56,821 bases of DNA from Nanobdellota archaeon (GCA_018896675.1 JAHIMK010000069.1:1-56821), one strand, 5' to 3'. Positions 46,465 through 53,889 are shown, counted from the stretch's first letter. The notes: generated by a model from the letters alone, not told the origin. Program-made: numbers and translations.

Positions 46465-47001
46465 ATGATATCACAAGTTGAAGTAACAAAAGAAATAGAA
46501 GATTTTGCTAGAGGCATCACTGGCAAAGGCTCTGAACTCTCTAAAAACATAGGCAGAAAGATCCTTAGTGTTACCAAGAAAATTGAACTACCTAATGAAG
46601 AAGAGAAGAAGATGCGTTGGAAACGTACTGCCACTCAAATTTTGAAAGATGGATGGGTTGTTAAAGGAAAAAGCTGCACAGACATCACAGTTCTATTCAT
46701 TGCTGTTGCTAAAGCCAAGGGAATAAAAGCAATATTTGTAAAACTATACTCTATTAAACGACAAATGCTTCATGCAGCTGTTGAATTACCTGGTGAGAAT
46801 AGCATCTTAGATGCAACTACTGGAAGAAGAGATAACTCTTCAAATGAAATTCTTTTTGACGAATACAAAGTCTACAAAAAAGGAAGAGATAGTTGGGATA
46901 TAGGGTTAAGTGGTGTTGAAGATATGCCTTCAGTAATGGAAGAAATAGGTAAAAAGATTGACGCTGATAAAAGTGCAAAACCCATAATTGCACATAAATA
47001 G
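46465..47001 (+). CDS. Transglutaminase-like cysteine peptidase fold protein
   Basis: KGKSCTDITVLFIAVAKAKGI ... HAAVEL ... LDATTG, the Cys-His-Asp order typical of the transglutaminase-like superfamily. Confidence 0.55.
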   Translation: MISQVEVTKEIEDFARGITGKGSELSKNIGRKILSVTKKIELPNEEEKKMRWKRTATQILKDGWVVKGKSCTDITVLFIAVAKAKGIKAIFVKLYSIKRQMLHAAVELPGENSILDATTGRRDNSSNEILFDEYKVYKKGRDSWDIGLSGVEDMPSVMEEIGKKIDADKSAKPIIAHK

Positions 47002-47043
47002 GCATTAATTATATGCAAAGCCTATGAAAAGCTAATTTTTAGT

Positions 47044-47113
47044 TAGGGGCTTTCTTTGTTAGCTTTGTTTTTGTTTGTTATTGGCAACTAGCTTTGTTAG
47101 CTGGGGCAAGTGT
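47044..47113 (+). repeat. Cassette-boundary repeat R1
   Basis: TAGGGGCTTTCTTTGTTAGCTTTGTTTTTGTTTGTTATTGGCAACTAGCTTTGTTAGCTGGGGCAAGTGT. Confidence 0.85.
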
Positions 47114-47147
47114 TGAAGAAAGGTATGTACAAATTGTACCTTTTCTT

Positions 47148-47312
47148 TTAGAAGTTTTCTTTGAATACTAACTGTACATTAACATCTGCTTGTAATAATG
47201 CTCTTTGTATGTCTCTAATTAGCTCATTTATTAGTTTTTCATCTACAAACATGCTTTTAGCTATCTTGCTTAATGTTGTTTTTAGACTTGATCCTAATTT
47301 CTCTAACACCAT
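47148..47312 (-). pseudogene. srp54: Isolated N-terminal fragment (54 codons) of an SRP54-like gene
   Basis: My translation is [54 protein letters not shown]. It matches the SRP54 N-domain start and has no GTPase domain after it. Confidence 0.6.
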
Positions 47313-47364
47313 AGTTTTGCCTTGTTTTAGAGTATTTATAAGGTTTATGTTTGTTTTGTTAATA

Positions 47365-47434
47365 TAGCCGCTTTCCTTGTTAGCTTTGTTTTACTTTGTG
47401 ATTAACAACTAGCTTTGTTAGCTGAGGCAAGTGT
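47365..47434 (+). repeat. Cassette-boundary repeat R2 (sub-family A)
   Basis: TAGCCGCTTTCCTTGTTAGCTTTGTTTTACTTTGTGATTAACAACTAGCTTTGTTAGCTGAGGCAAGTGT. Identical to R5 from position 7 (GCTTTCC) onward; the match also continues 6 nt past the repeat end (GTTATC vs GTTATT, first 5 identical). Confidence 0.9.
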
Positions 47435-47475
47435 GTTATCATTTTTCTGGCATCAGGAAAATGCTCTTTAATTTT

Positions 47476-48321
47476 TTATTTTTTCTTCAATAATTTCCTT
47501 TTTTCCTTTTCAGGCTTGTCAAGATAATTATCTTTGGAGATTACGCTTTTCCCTAATTTTTTCTCAATGTCTTTTCTTGTATTTCCTGCAATCTCTCCGC
47601 CTTCTTTTGCATCTTTCTTTAATTTTACAAATTCTTGTGAATCTCTTTCTTTAGTAATATCTGTTGTAGCTTTTTCCCCAACCATTGTTAGGATTAGCTC
47701 CCAGTCTGTCATATGATCTCTCAAATTTTGGTTTTTATTTTTTAGCTGTTTGAATTCTTTATATTCTCCAACTGTCTTTCCAAAACTAGCATTACTAATT
47801 TCGTTTGTTAAGATTGCAAACTCTTTTTCTGTTTCAACTTCCCTGTTTTTCCATTCATCTGTTAATTCCTCTCTTATTGCTATGCCTCTAACTCTCTTTT
47901 CAATCCATTCATTAGAATATCCTTTTTGCTTGTATAATTCTTTCATCCTTTTTTGTGCTAATTCTGGGTTATCTATCTCTTCAACCCTTTCATACCCTAC
48001 TTTTGCCAGCCATAATTTCATAGGCTCTGCTTTCTTTGATGAAATAGATTGAATAATTCTAAATGCTCCTTCAGTATTAGCACAATCACTTTCTCTCATT
48101 TTACCATCTTCAGCTTTCAATTTCAACCGTACGATTTTATCGTACACTTCAGACCCTTCTTCTTTTAGCTTAATTTTAAGATCTGACCAATATCTTTTAG
48201 GGATAGAACTTTCAGTAAGAATTTCTATTATATCAACAACAGAGAACCACCATTCTTCATTGTGCCATATTCTCCTTATGTTATTACCTTGAAAGACTAT
48301 GAGCTTATTTTTTGTTTTCAT
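47476..48321 (-). CDS. Bro-N domain protein with DinD-like C-terminal region
   Basis: IRRIWHNEEWWFSVVDIIEILTES (Bro-N). C-terminal KNQNLRDHMTDWELILT...GGEIAGNTRKDIEKKLG resembles the DinD C-terminus. Confidence 0.65.
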   Translation of the reverse strand: MKTKNKLIVFQGNNIRRIWHNEEWWFSVVDIIEILTESSIPKRYWSDLKIKLKEEGSEVYDKIVRLKLKAEDGKMRESDCANTEGAFRIIQSISSKKAEPMKLWLAKVGYERVEEIDNPELAQKRMKELYKQKGYSNEWIEKRVRGIAIREELTDEWKNREVETEKEFAILTNEISNASFGKTVGEYKEFKQLKNKNQNLRDHMTDWELILTMVGEKATTDITKERDSQEFVKLKKDAKEGGEIAGNTRKDIEKKLGKSVISKDNYLDKPEKEKRKLLKKK

Positions 48322-48429
48322 TAAGAATTAACTATTTTCTTTTTATTTATAAATTCTGTGTGGATAGTTGTCAAGTGGCAAATGGAGTGCATATTTACGG
48401 GTTTTTGAACAGATTTTCAGTTTGGTTTA
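48322..48429 (-). promoter_or_regulatory. 108-nt conserved cassette 5' module with palindromic TATA (ATTTATAAAT), copy 1; contains an inverted copy of the dif-like core at 48401-48425
   Basis: Near-identical to 50679-50786. TATA at 48345-48354 lies 24-33 nt upstream of ATG 48321. Confidence 0.6.
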
Positions 48430-48453
48430 TAGAGGCTTTCTTTGTTAGCTTTG
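48430..48453 (+). repeat. Cassette-boundary repeat R3 (5' half only)
   Basis: TAGAGGCTTTCTTTGTTAGCTTTG, then unrelated sequence. Confidence 0.7.
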
Positions 48454-48490
48454 GGTTAAATTAATAAACTTCTTTTTTAATTATTAAATC

Positions 48491-48955
48491 ATGGAAATAA
48501 AATTAAGGAAATATAGAGAAAAAGATTTAGAAAGGCATTTAGAATTATTCTTAATGAATGGAATTTATAAAAAAATAAATGAAAAAATAAAAAATCAAGA
48601 AAAAATATGGTTAAAGAAAGTAATCCAAAATTATGAGGGAGAAAAACCTGAATTTTTCACTATAGCTATAAATTTAGATAATAAATTAATAGGCAATTTG
48701 GTGGCTGAAAAAATTGATTATAAGAATAAAACTTTAGAGGTTGGATTTTGGATAGGCAAAGATTATTGGGGTAAAGGGGTTGCAACAAAGGCATTGAATC
48801 TTTTTTTGAAAATGATTATAAAAAAGTTTAATCCTAAAAAAATTATTGCACATCATAAAAAAGGTAATTTTGCTTCTGGAAGAGTTTTAGAGAAAGCTGG
48901 TTTTAAGTTTGAAATTGAGAAAAAAGGGATGAAAACTTATAATATTATGTTGTAG
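48491..48955 (+). CDS. GNAT-family N-acetyltransferase (RimJ/RimL-like)
   Basis: EVGFWIGKDYWGKGVATKALNLFL acetyl-CoA motif. The stop TAG is the first triplet of repeat R4. Confidence 0.8.
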   Translation: MEIKLRKYREKDLERHLELFLMNGIYKKINEKIKNQEKIWLKKVIQNYEGEKPEFFTIAINLDNKLIGNLVAEKIDYKNKTLEVGFWIGKDYWGKGVATKALNLFLKMIIKKFNPKKIIAHHKKGNFASGRVLEKAGFKFEIEKKGMKTYNIML

Positions 48956-49020
48956 CCGCTTTCTTTGTTAGCTTTGTTTTACTTTCTTATCAACAACTAG
49001 CTTTGTTAGCTTAGGCAAGT
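48953..49020 (+). repeat. Cassette-boundary repeat R4 (sub-family A)
   Basis: TAGCCGCTTTCTTTGTTAGCTTTGTTTTACTTTCTTATCAACAACTAGCTTTGTTAGCTTAGGCAAGT. Confidence 0.9.
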
Positions 49021-49892
49021 TAAAGTTTTTCTAATAGATTTAATGCTTCCTTGTCAAACTTTGAGAAAGCAAACCATTTCTTCCCCAAATCTTTTAATGA
49101 AGCTCCAAAATGATAAACTTCTTTGTTATCGATTATCATAAACCGGTCATGGGATTTATTGAATTCTTTGATTTCAATTTTTTGGTATTGGGAATTAAAT
49201 TTGTTTAAATCTAATTGTAATTGTTTTGTAATTTCTTTTGTATAGATTATGACTTTAACATTTTCCTTCTTTTTGGAAAACAATGTCAAAACTGAATCGT
49301 CAACATAATTATCAATTAAAGTGATTGATTGATTTGCATTTCTTATTAAATCTGAAACAAAAGTGTAAGCATCAAATATCTGCCCATTAAAGAATATTCC
49401 CTGTTTTGGCTTTATTTGTTTTTGATCTATAGCATTGAATATTTTTTCAAAATTTTTGTCATGTTGAATTTGTTTTCTTTCAATATTATCTACTCTAATA
49501 AATAATCCTTCATTTTTAGCTAAAAAGTGCTTCATAGCAACAAATGCACTCATAATTTCAATACTTACTTTTATTGCAATATCGCTTTTGAGAATACCTG
49601 AGAGCATAGCTACACCTTCTTCTGTAAATGCATAAGGTAAATATCTTCTTCCACCATATTTGGATCTTGAGGTGCCATTTTGGAACCTCAAGTTTTCTAA
49701 CTCAGATTCTGTTAATTGAAACATGAAATTTTCTGGAAATCTCTCAATATTTCTCTTTACAGCTTTATTAAGTTGTTTTGTTGGAACTCTATAAAGCTCT
49801 GCTAAATCAGCATCAAGCATTACCTGCAGTCCTCTGATTGTGTAGATCTTATTTTTTATATTTTGTTTGTCTAAAACTATTAATTTTTTCAT
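49020..49892 (-). CDS. ORF6N-domain DNA-binding protein with PLD-like C-terminal domain
   Basis: IYTIRGLQVMLDADLAELY...RFPENFMFQLT (ORF6N). C-terminal SHDRFMIIDNKEVYHFGASLKDLGKKWFAFSKF. Confidence 0.65.
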   Translation of the reverse strand: MKKLIVLDKQNIKNKIYTIRGLQVMLDADLAELYRVPTKQLNKAVKRNIERFPENFMFQLTESELENLRFQNGTSRSKYGGRRYLPYAFTEEGVAMLSGILKSDIAIKVSIEIMSAFVAMKHFLAKNEGLFIRVDNIERKQIQHDKNFEKIFNAIDQKQIKPKQGIFFNGQIFDAYTFVSDLIRNANQSITLIDNYVDDSVLTLFSKKKENVKVIIYTKEITKQLQLDLNKFNSQYQKIEIKEFNKSHDRFMIIDNKEVYHFGASLKDLGKKWFAFSKFDKEALNLLEKL

Positions 49893-49970
49893 TTCTGTTT
49901 CTATAAAATAATGATTTATAATGTTAACTTAGAAAAAACCTTAGTTTTTTTGGTAAAGTTGTAAAATTTG

Positions 49971-50040
49971 TAGAGGCTTTCCTTGTTAGCTTTGTTTTAC
50001 TTTGTGATTAACAACTAGCTTTGTTAGCTGAGGCAAGTGT
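49971..50040 (+). repeat. Cassette-boundary repeat R5 (sub-family A)
   Basis: TAGAGGCTTTCCTTGTTAGCTTTGTTTTACTTTGTGATTAACAACTAGCTTTGTTAGCTGAGGCAAGTGT. Confidence 0.9.
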
Positions 50041-50041
50041 G

Positions 50042-50404
50042 TTATTTTAATTTTTTTATTTCCTTTTTTTTCATATGTTTTATAATCTGAATTTTATTAT
50101 CATATTCTTCATCAATTTCATAATTGATATCTTCGTTATAAGAACAATAAATATATCCTAATTTTTTGGTAAGAAACCATAGGATTTGTTCATAAAATGC
50201 CGGCAAACATTCAGTAGAATATCCCTCTCCAAGATATTCTTTACCACATTTAATTTTTTTACCAATTAAACTTTCAGCAAACTGTTTTGCTTTAATTAAA
50301 TCTTTTTCAAAATTTTCCTCCTCTACCTTTTTACCTATTAGGACTTCTTTATGTTCTCCTTCATACCAAATATATTCTATTAAAAAAATATTAAAATCTA
50401 CCAT
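50042..50404 (-). CDS. Hypothetical protein
   Basis: 120-aa ORF starting 1 nt after the DinD-like stop. No motif recognised. Confidence 0.4.
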   Translation of the reverse strand: MVDFNIFLIEYIWYEGEHKEVLIGKKVEEENFEKDLIKAKQFAESLIGKKIKCGKEYLGEGYSTECLPAFYEQILWFLTKKLGYIYCSYNEDINYEIDEEYDNKIQIIKHMKKKEIKKLK

Positions 50405-50405
50405 T

Positions 50406-50678
50406 TTAATTTGCCTCCTGTTTTAAAATTACTATTTCTCTTTCAGCCCCTTTAGGCATCTCTATCGTTTTCCTGACATCAGGAAAATGATCTAAAACAT
50501 TAAATCCTGCGTTTTTACACGATTCTTTAGCTTTTTCAATAACTTTTGCAAAATTTTCCCATTTAGAATATCCTAAAAGTAATTGTAAATCTCTAGCATA
50601 CCAAAATTCAATACCTTCTATTTCATTTGCATAATCTTCAAATGTTTTTCTTAATTTAGATATTATTTCTTTTTTCAT
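50406..50678 (-). CDS. dinD: DinD-like (DNA-damage-inducible protein D) N-terminal domain only, probably truncated
   Basis: IEFWYARDLQLLLGYSKWENFAKVIEKAKESCKNAGFNVLDHF matches the DinD N-terminus. It is 90 aa, against ~270 aa for E. coli DinD as I recall it. Confidence 0.6.
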   Translation of the reverse strand: MKKEIISKLRKTFEDYANEIEGIEFWYARDLQLLLGYSKWENFAKVIEKAKESCKNAGFNVLDHFPDVRKTIEMPKGAEREIVILKQEAN

Positions 50679-50786
50679 TAAGAATTAACTATTTTCTTTT
50701 TATTTATAAACTCTGTGTGGATACTTGTCAAGTGGCAAATGGAGTGCATATTTTCGGGTTTTTGTTTATATTTTCAGTTTGGTTTG
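50679..50786 (-). promoter_or_regulatory. 108-nt conserved cassette 5' module with palindromic TATA, copy 2
   Basis: Aligns base-for-base with 48322-48429, apart from a few substitutions and a degenerated core-site segment. Confidence 0.6.
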
Positions 50787-50856
50787 TAGCCGCTTTCTTT
50801 GTTAGCTTTGTTTCTCTTTCTTATCAACAACTAGCTTTGTTAGCAGGGGCAAGTGT
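50787..50856 (+). repeat. Cassette-boundary repeat R6 (sub-family A)
   Basis: TAGCCGCTTTCTTTGTTAGCTTTGTTTCTCTTTCTTATCAACAACTAGCTTTGTTAGCAGGGGCAAGTGT. Confidence 0.9.
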
Positions 50857-51444
50857 GTCAATATTGAATAATCTTGCTTTTATATCATTTTCAATGTTTA
50901 TTGTGCCTTTTAAGATATAATGTGCTTCTTCTTCCTCAAAGAATTCAATATTAAATTTGTTATCCTTAATATTTACTGCTAGAATATTATCCTGAATAGA
51001 GATAGAAGGGAGTATAACAAAATCTGTGTTTTTTGTTGCAAACCAAGCGCCTTGCTGGTTTGGGAAAGAAGATATTGAACTATTATATAATTTTTTAGGC
51101 AGAAATAATATTGCTTTTTTCCATTCTCTAATACCTCTCCATCTCTCTATTGATGCAGAAATTGCTAAACCATTCTGTAAAGAGAGAGGAATGGATCCTG
51201 CTTCAATAGCATAATTTTTAGTATATTGATATAATGCTTCTGCAATCTCCTCTTTTACTTTTAATTTAATTAATTCTAAAAGATATTTTGTTCCATCAGC
51301 TTTAGGATGTTTTTTTATAAATTCAGCAGCATCTTTAGGTATTGCAGTTTCAAAGCTTAATTTTACTTCTTTTTTTATGTTATCCTTATTAGGCAGTTGT
51401 TTTAAGAATTCTATTTCTTTACAAGTGTTTATTATTAAATCCAT
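50824..51444 (-). CDS. Hypothetical protein; 3' end reads into repeat R6
   Basis: 206-aa ORF. The last residues TLAPANKASC are encoded by the repeat. Confidence 0.4.
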   Translation of the reverse strand: MDLIINTCKEIEFLKQLPNKDNIKKEVKLSFETAIPKDAAEFIKKHPKADGTKYLLELIKLKVKEEIAEALYQYTKNYAIEAGSIPLSLQNGLAISASIERWRGIREWKKAILFLPKKLYNSSISSFPNQQGAWFATKNTDFVILPSISIQDNILAVNIKDNKFNIEFFEEEEAHYILKGTINIENDIKARLFNIDTLAPANKASC

Positions 51445-51498
51445 TCCATCTTTGGTTAATATAAGAGATATTTATACTTTACTTTATTTTTTAGTTTG

Positions 51499-51567
51499 TA
51501 GAGGCTTTGTTTGTTAGCTTTATTTCTCTTTCTTATCAACAACTAGCTTTGTTTAGCTGGGGCAAGT
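51499..51567 (+). repeat. Cassette-boundary repeat R7 (sub-family A)
   Basis: TAGAGGCTTTGTTTGTTAGCTTTATTTCTCTTTCTTATCAACAACTAGCTTTGTTTAGCTGGGGCAAGT. Confidence 0.9.
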
Positions 51568-51752
51568 TCTAATGGCATTCTCTTTCCTAGCTTTAGAGAG
51601 CCATCTTTGTTTATACTTTTTATTTCTATGCTACAACACTCTGGATCGTCCCAGAAATAGCTTTTACAATTAGGGCAAGCTTTTGGCATTCTTTCTGTTC
51701 TTGTCCTCCAATCATATTCGCATAACTTACAGATGCATAGTTTTCCTTTCAT
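51543..51752 (-). CDS. Small zinc-ribbon protein
   Basis: CKLC...CPNC four-Cys ribbon. The C-terminal tail is encoded by repeat R7. A near-identical partial copy sits at 56671-56821. Confidence 0.5.
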   Translation of the reverse strand: MKGKLCICKLCEYDWRTRTERMPKACPNCKSYFWDDPECCSIEIKSINKDGSLKLGKRMPLELAPAKQS

Positions 51753-51901
51753 TTTGTTTTTTTTAGTATTTTCTTTTATAAGATTTATGATGTTGAAGTT
51801 TAGGTTGAAGTAAGTTTTTTTTTCATTAATTTAAGAAAAGAATTATGGCTACTATAAAATTTAAAGATGTTTTAAAGTTTGCAGATAATGTTGTTTATTT
51901 G

Positions 51902-51972
51902 TAGAAGCTTTCTTTGTTTTTCTTTATTTTGTTTTTAATTGTTTTATTGGTTTGTTTAGCAGAGGTAAGTGT
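51902..51972 (+). repeat. Cassette-boundary repeat R8 (sub-family B)
   Basis: TAGAAGCTTTCTTTGTTTTTCTTTATTTTGTTTTTAATTGTTTTATTGGTTTGTTTAGCAGAGGTAAGTGT. Confidence 0.85.
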
Positions 51973-52086
51973 AAATAGGAAGGACAGGTATAATTTGTAT
52001 CTCTCCTTTGTTTAATTTTTCATTTCAGTTGTACGATTTTTTCGTACACCTAAATTTATTTCAATTGGTTACAATTTGTAACTATT

Positions 52087-52515
52087 TCATAAATTTTCTT
52101 TTTCACTTACTTCCCATCTCCCTCCTTTATCCGGGCCAATTCTTTTTATTATCTTTTTTAGTTTTAATTTCATTAAATTCCATTCAACTCCTCTCCTGCT
52201 GAGTCCTGTAATTTTTTCTAATTCTATTTGAGTGATTTTGTTATTTTCTTTTATCGCTTTAATTATTTTCTCCACAGTTTTCTCCACAGTTTTCTCCACA
52301 GTTTTCACCCTAGTTTCTTGATTTACAGGGACATTTTCATCTCTTTTTTTTCTTTTAAAAGTAGTAGAAAAAAATCCTGCAAATATCTCAAAGTTAACAT
52401 TAGGTTCCAAAGACTTGATTTTTCCAATGCCTGTCCCCCACTTCTCAACTAAATGAATTCTATGAAATATGTCTGCAATCAGTGAATTTCTTCTCCTAGA
52501 TATTTTCTTATTCAA
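52087..52515 (-). pseudogene. C-terminal remnant of a HATPase_c_4/wHTH (RecG-like putative DNA-binding) protein
   Basis: SLIADIFHRIHLVEKWGTGIGKI plus a C-terminal wHTH. There is no N-terminal AlbA_2/ATPase part. Only a TTG start is in frame; an ATG lies out of frame behind an A8 tract. Confidence 0.5.
52266..52306 (-). repeat. 12-nt tandem repeat (ttttctccacag x3 plus a partial copy) encoding TVEKTVEKTVEK
   Basis: Directly visible perfect copies. Confidence 0.85.
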
Positions 52516-52609
52516 GATGTCTTTTTTTTCATCTTTGTTTCTTTAGAATTGCTTTTTATAATGTTAATTGAGAAAAAACACTTGATTTTTCATTGATGTT
52601 GGAAATTTG

Positions 52610-52679
52610 TAGAGGCTTACTTTAGTTTAATTATTTCTCTTTCTTATCAACAACTAACTTTATTCGCTTAGGTAAGTGT
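52610..52679 (+). repeat. Cassette-boundary repeat R9 (divergent sub-family A)
   Basis: TAGAGGCTTACTTTAGTTTAATTATTTCTCTTTCTTATCAACAACTAACTTTATTCGCTTAGGTAAGTGT. Confidence 0.8.
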
Positions 52680-52732
52680 GTTATCCGGTATTCTTGAAAA
52701 ACTTTATATAATCTAATTAAAAAGTTAAATTC

Positions 52733-53650
52733 ATGAAAGAATTTGTATCTACGAAGAAGCAATTAGAAAATGTTAAAGAATTTAAAGAAAATCTTCATAA
52801 AAAAGGAGAAGAAAAAACTTTCGATAATTTGATGGAGGTTATGGTTGGCCATATAACTAATCTAAAAAATATTATTATTGCTGGAAAAAAAGTAAAAGAT
52901 TCAGAAATATTTAAAACACATTATGCTTATTTTAAAGAAATAAATAAAAAATGCATTAAACCTATAAATCTTCTTAAAGCATTTGATTTTCAAGATGATG
53001 AACTTGAATTTATAGAAAACAATCCCTCACCAAAAGGAAAAGAATTAGAAAAAATTCAAGAAATGTTTAAAAAAAGATTAAGTTTAGATGGTCCTTGTAT
53101 TCCTGTTGAACTCCTTTCAAAACTTAGTGATAAATTAAATGAAGATTCAAATTCAATATTAGTTAATAGTTTCTCATATTCTAATGAAGAAATGAATAAA
53201 ATTTTAAATGGAATGAACGACACCTTTAAAATGATTATTCGCAATGAAACAAATAAAGACCCTATCTTGAAAGATTATATTCTTCTTAATTTATACAAAG
53301 ATGCTTTTGAACTTTACTTAAAAGTTATAAAGGAACTTTATGGTAAATTAAAAAATATAAAGATAGATAAAATTAGAAATAAAGAATTATATGCCTATTT
53401 TGATGAAAATTATCCTTTAATTTTTGAATCAACATCTAACATCTTAAGAAATGATATATCTCATTTAAATTATGACATTAGACAAAATTATAGTTCTAAA
53501 CAAATCGAAACTGAAAGAGATATCATATTAATGAAGTTTCTAACTGCAATGATTGTAAAATTTGAAGTAGTTTTAGAAGAACTATTAGTTTATTCTCTTG
53601 AAAAAATAGAAAAATTAAAAAAATCTAAGTTTAAACACAAAAAACCTTAA
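52733..53650 (+). CDS. Hypothetical helical protein with a possible HEPN-type Rx4H motif
   Basis: 305-aa ORF. C-terminal SNILRNDISHLNY contains R-N-D-I-S-H. Assignment is speculative. Confidence 0.4.
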   Translation: MKEFVSTKKQLENVKEFKENLHKKGEEKTFDNLMEVMVGHITNLKNIIIAGKKVKDSEIFKTHYAYFKEINKKCIKPINLLKAFDFQDDELEFIENNPSPKGKELEKIQEMFKKRLSLDGPCIPVELLSKLSDKLNEDSNSILVNSFSYSNEEMNKILNGMNDTFKMIIRNETNKDPILKDYILLNLYKDAFELYLKVIKELYGKLKNIKIDKIRNKELYAYFDENYPLIFESTSNILRNDISHLNYDIRQNYSSKQIETERDIILMKFLTAMIVKFEVVLEELLVYSLEKIEKLKKSKFKHKKP

Positions 53651-53675
53651 ATAATCAAAAATCTAAATAAAAGCT

Positions 53676-53747
53676 ATGCTATACTCACATTCAAGACTAA
53701 GCAGCTTCAAACAATGCCCTTTAAAATTCAATTATAGATACCTATAG
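53676..53747 (+). pseudogene. 23-codon N-terminal fragment of a Cas4/RecB-like PD-(D/E)XK nuclease
   Basis: My translation is MLYSHSRLSSFKQCPLKFNYRYL*. It resembles the YSxSxLxxFxxCPxxFxxxY start of PDDEXK_1 nucleases. Confidence 0.4.
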
Positions 53748-53785
53748 TTTTCTGTGATTAATGTTATGTTCTTGTTAATATATTG

Positions 53786-53854
53786 TAGAGGCTTTGCTTA
53801 TTTTGTTTAATTTGTTTTTAATTGTTTTAATTAATTACTAGCAGAGGCAAGTAT
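53786..53854 (+). repeat. Cassette-boundary repeat R10 (sub-family B)
   Basis: TAGAGGCTTTGCTTATTTTGTTTAATTTGTTTTTAATTGTTTTAATTAATTACTAGCAGAGGCAAGTAT. Confidence 0.8.
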
Positions 53855-53889
53855 AAATCACATAAAAATTTATATATTAGGAAAGGATA

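Noticed and set aside
42801-46634. Antisense or overlapping ORFs 42801-43268, 44432-44620, 45472-45663, 45711-45977, 45763-46209 and 46422-46634.
   Set aside because: They lie opposite the recombinase, transposase, radical SAM, precursor and peptidase genes, all of which have clear motifs. No independent signals support them.
47161-47367. 68-aa plus-strand ORF in the first cassette.
   Set aside because: The opposite strand encodes a recognisable SRP54 N-terminal fragment with its own ATG. The plus-strand ORF is a Cys/Leu/Phe-rich shadow.
47365-47434. Tried to fold the boundary repeat as a classical integron attC hairpin (R''-L''/L'-R').
   Set aside because: The top strand is almost entirely T/G, so the 5' and 3' halves are direct rather than inverted repeats. 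Only a 9-bp stem with a CT bulge forms in sub-family A, and none in sub-family B. I therefore call it integron-like only by position.
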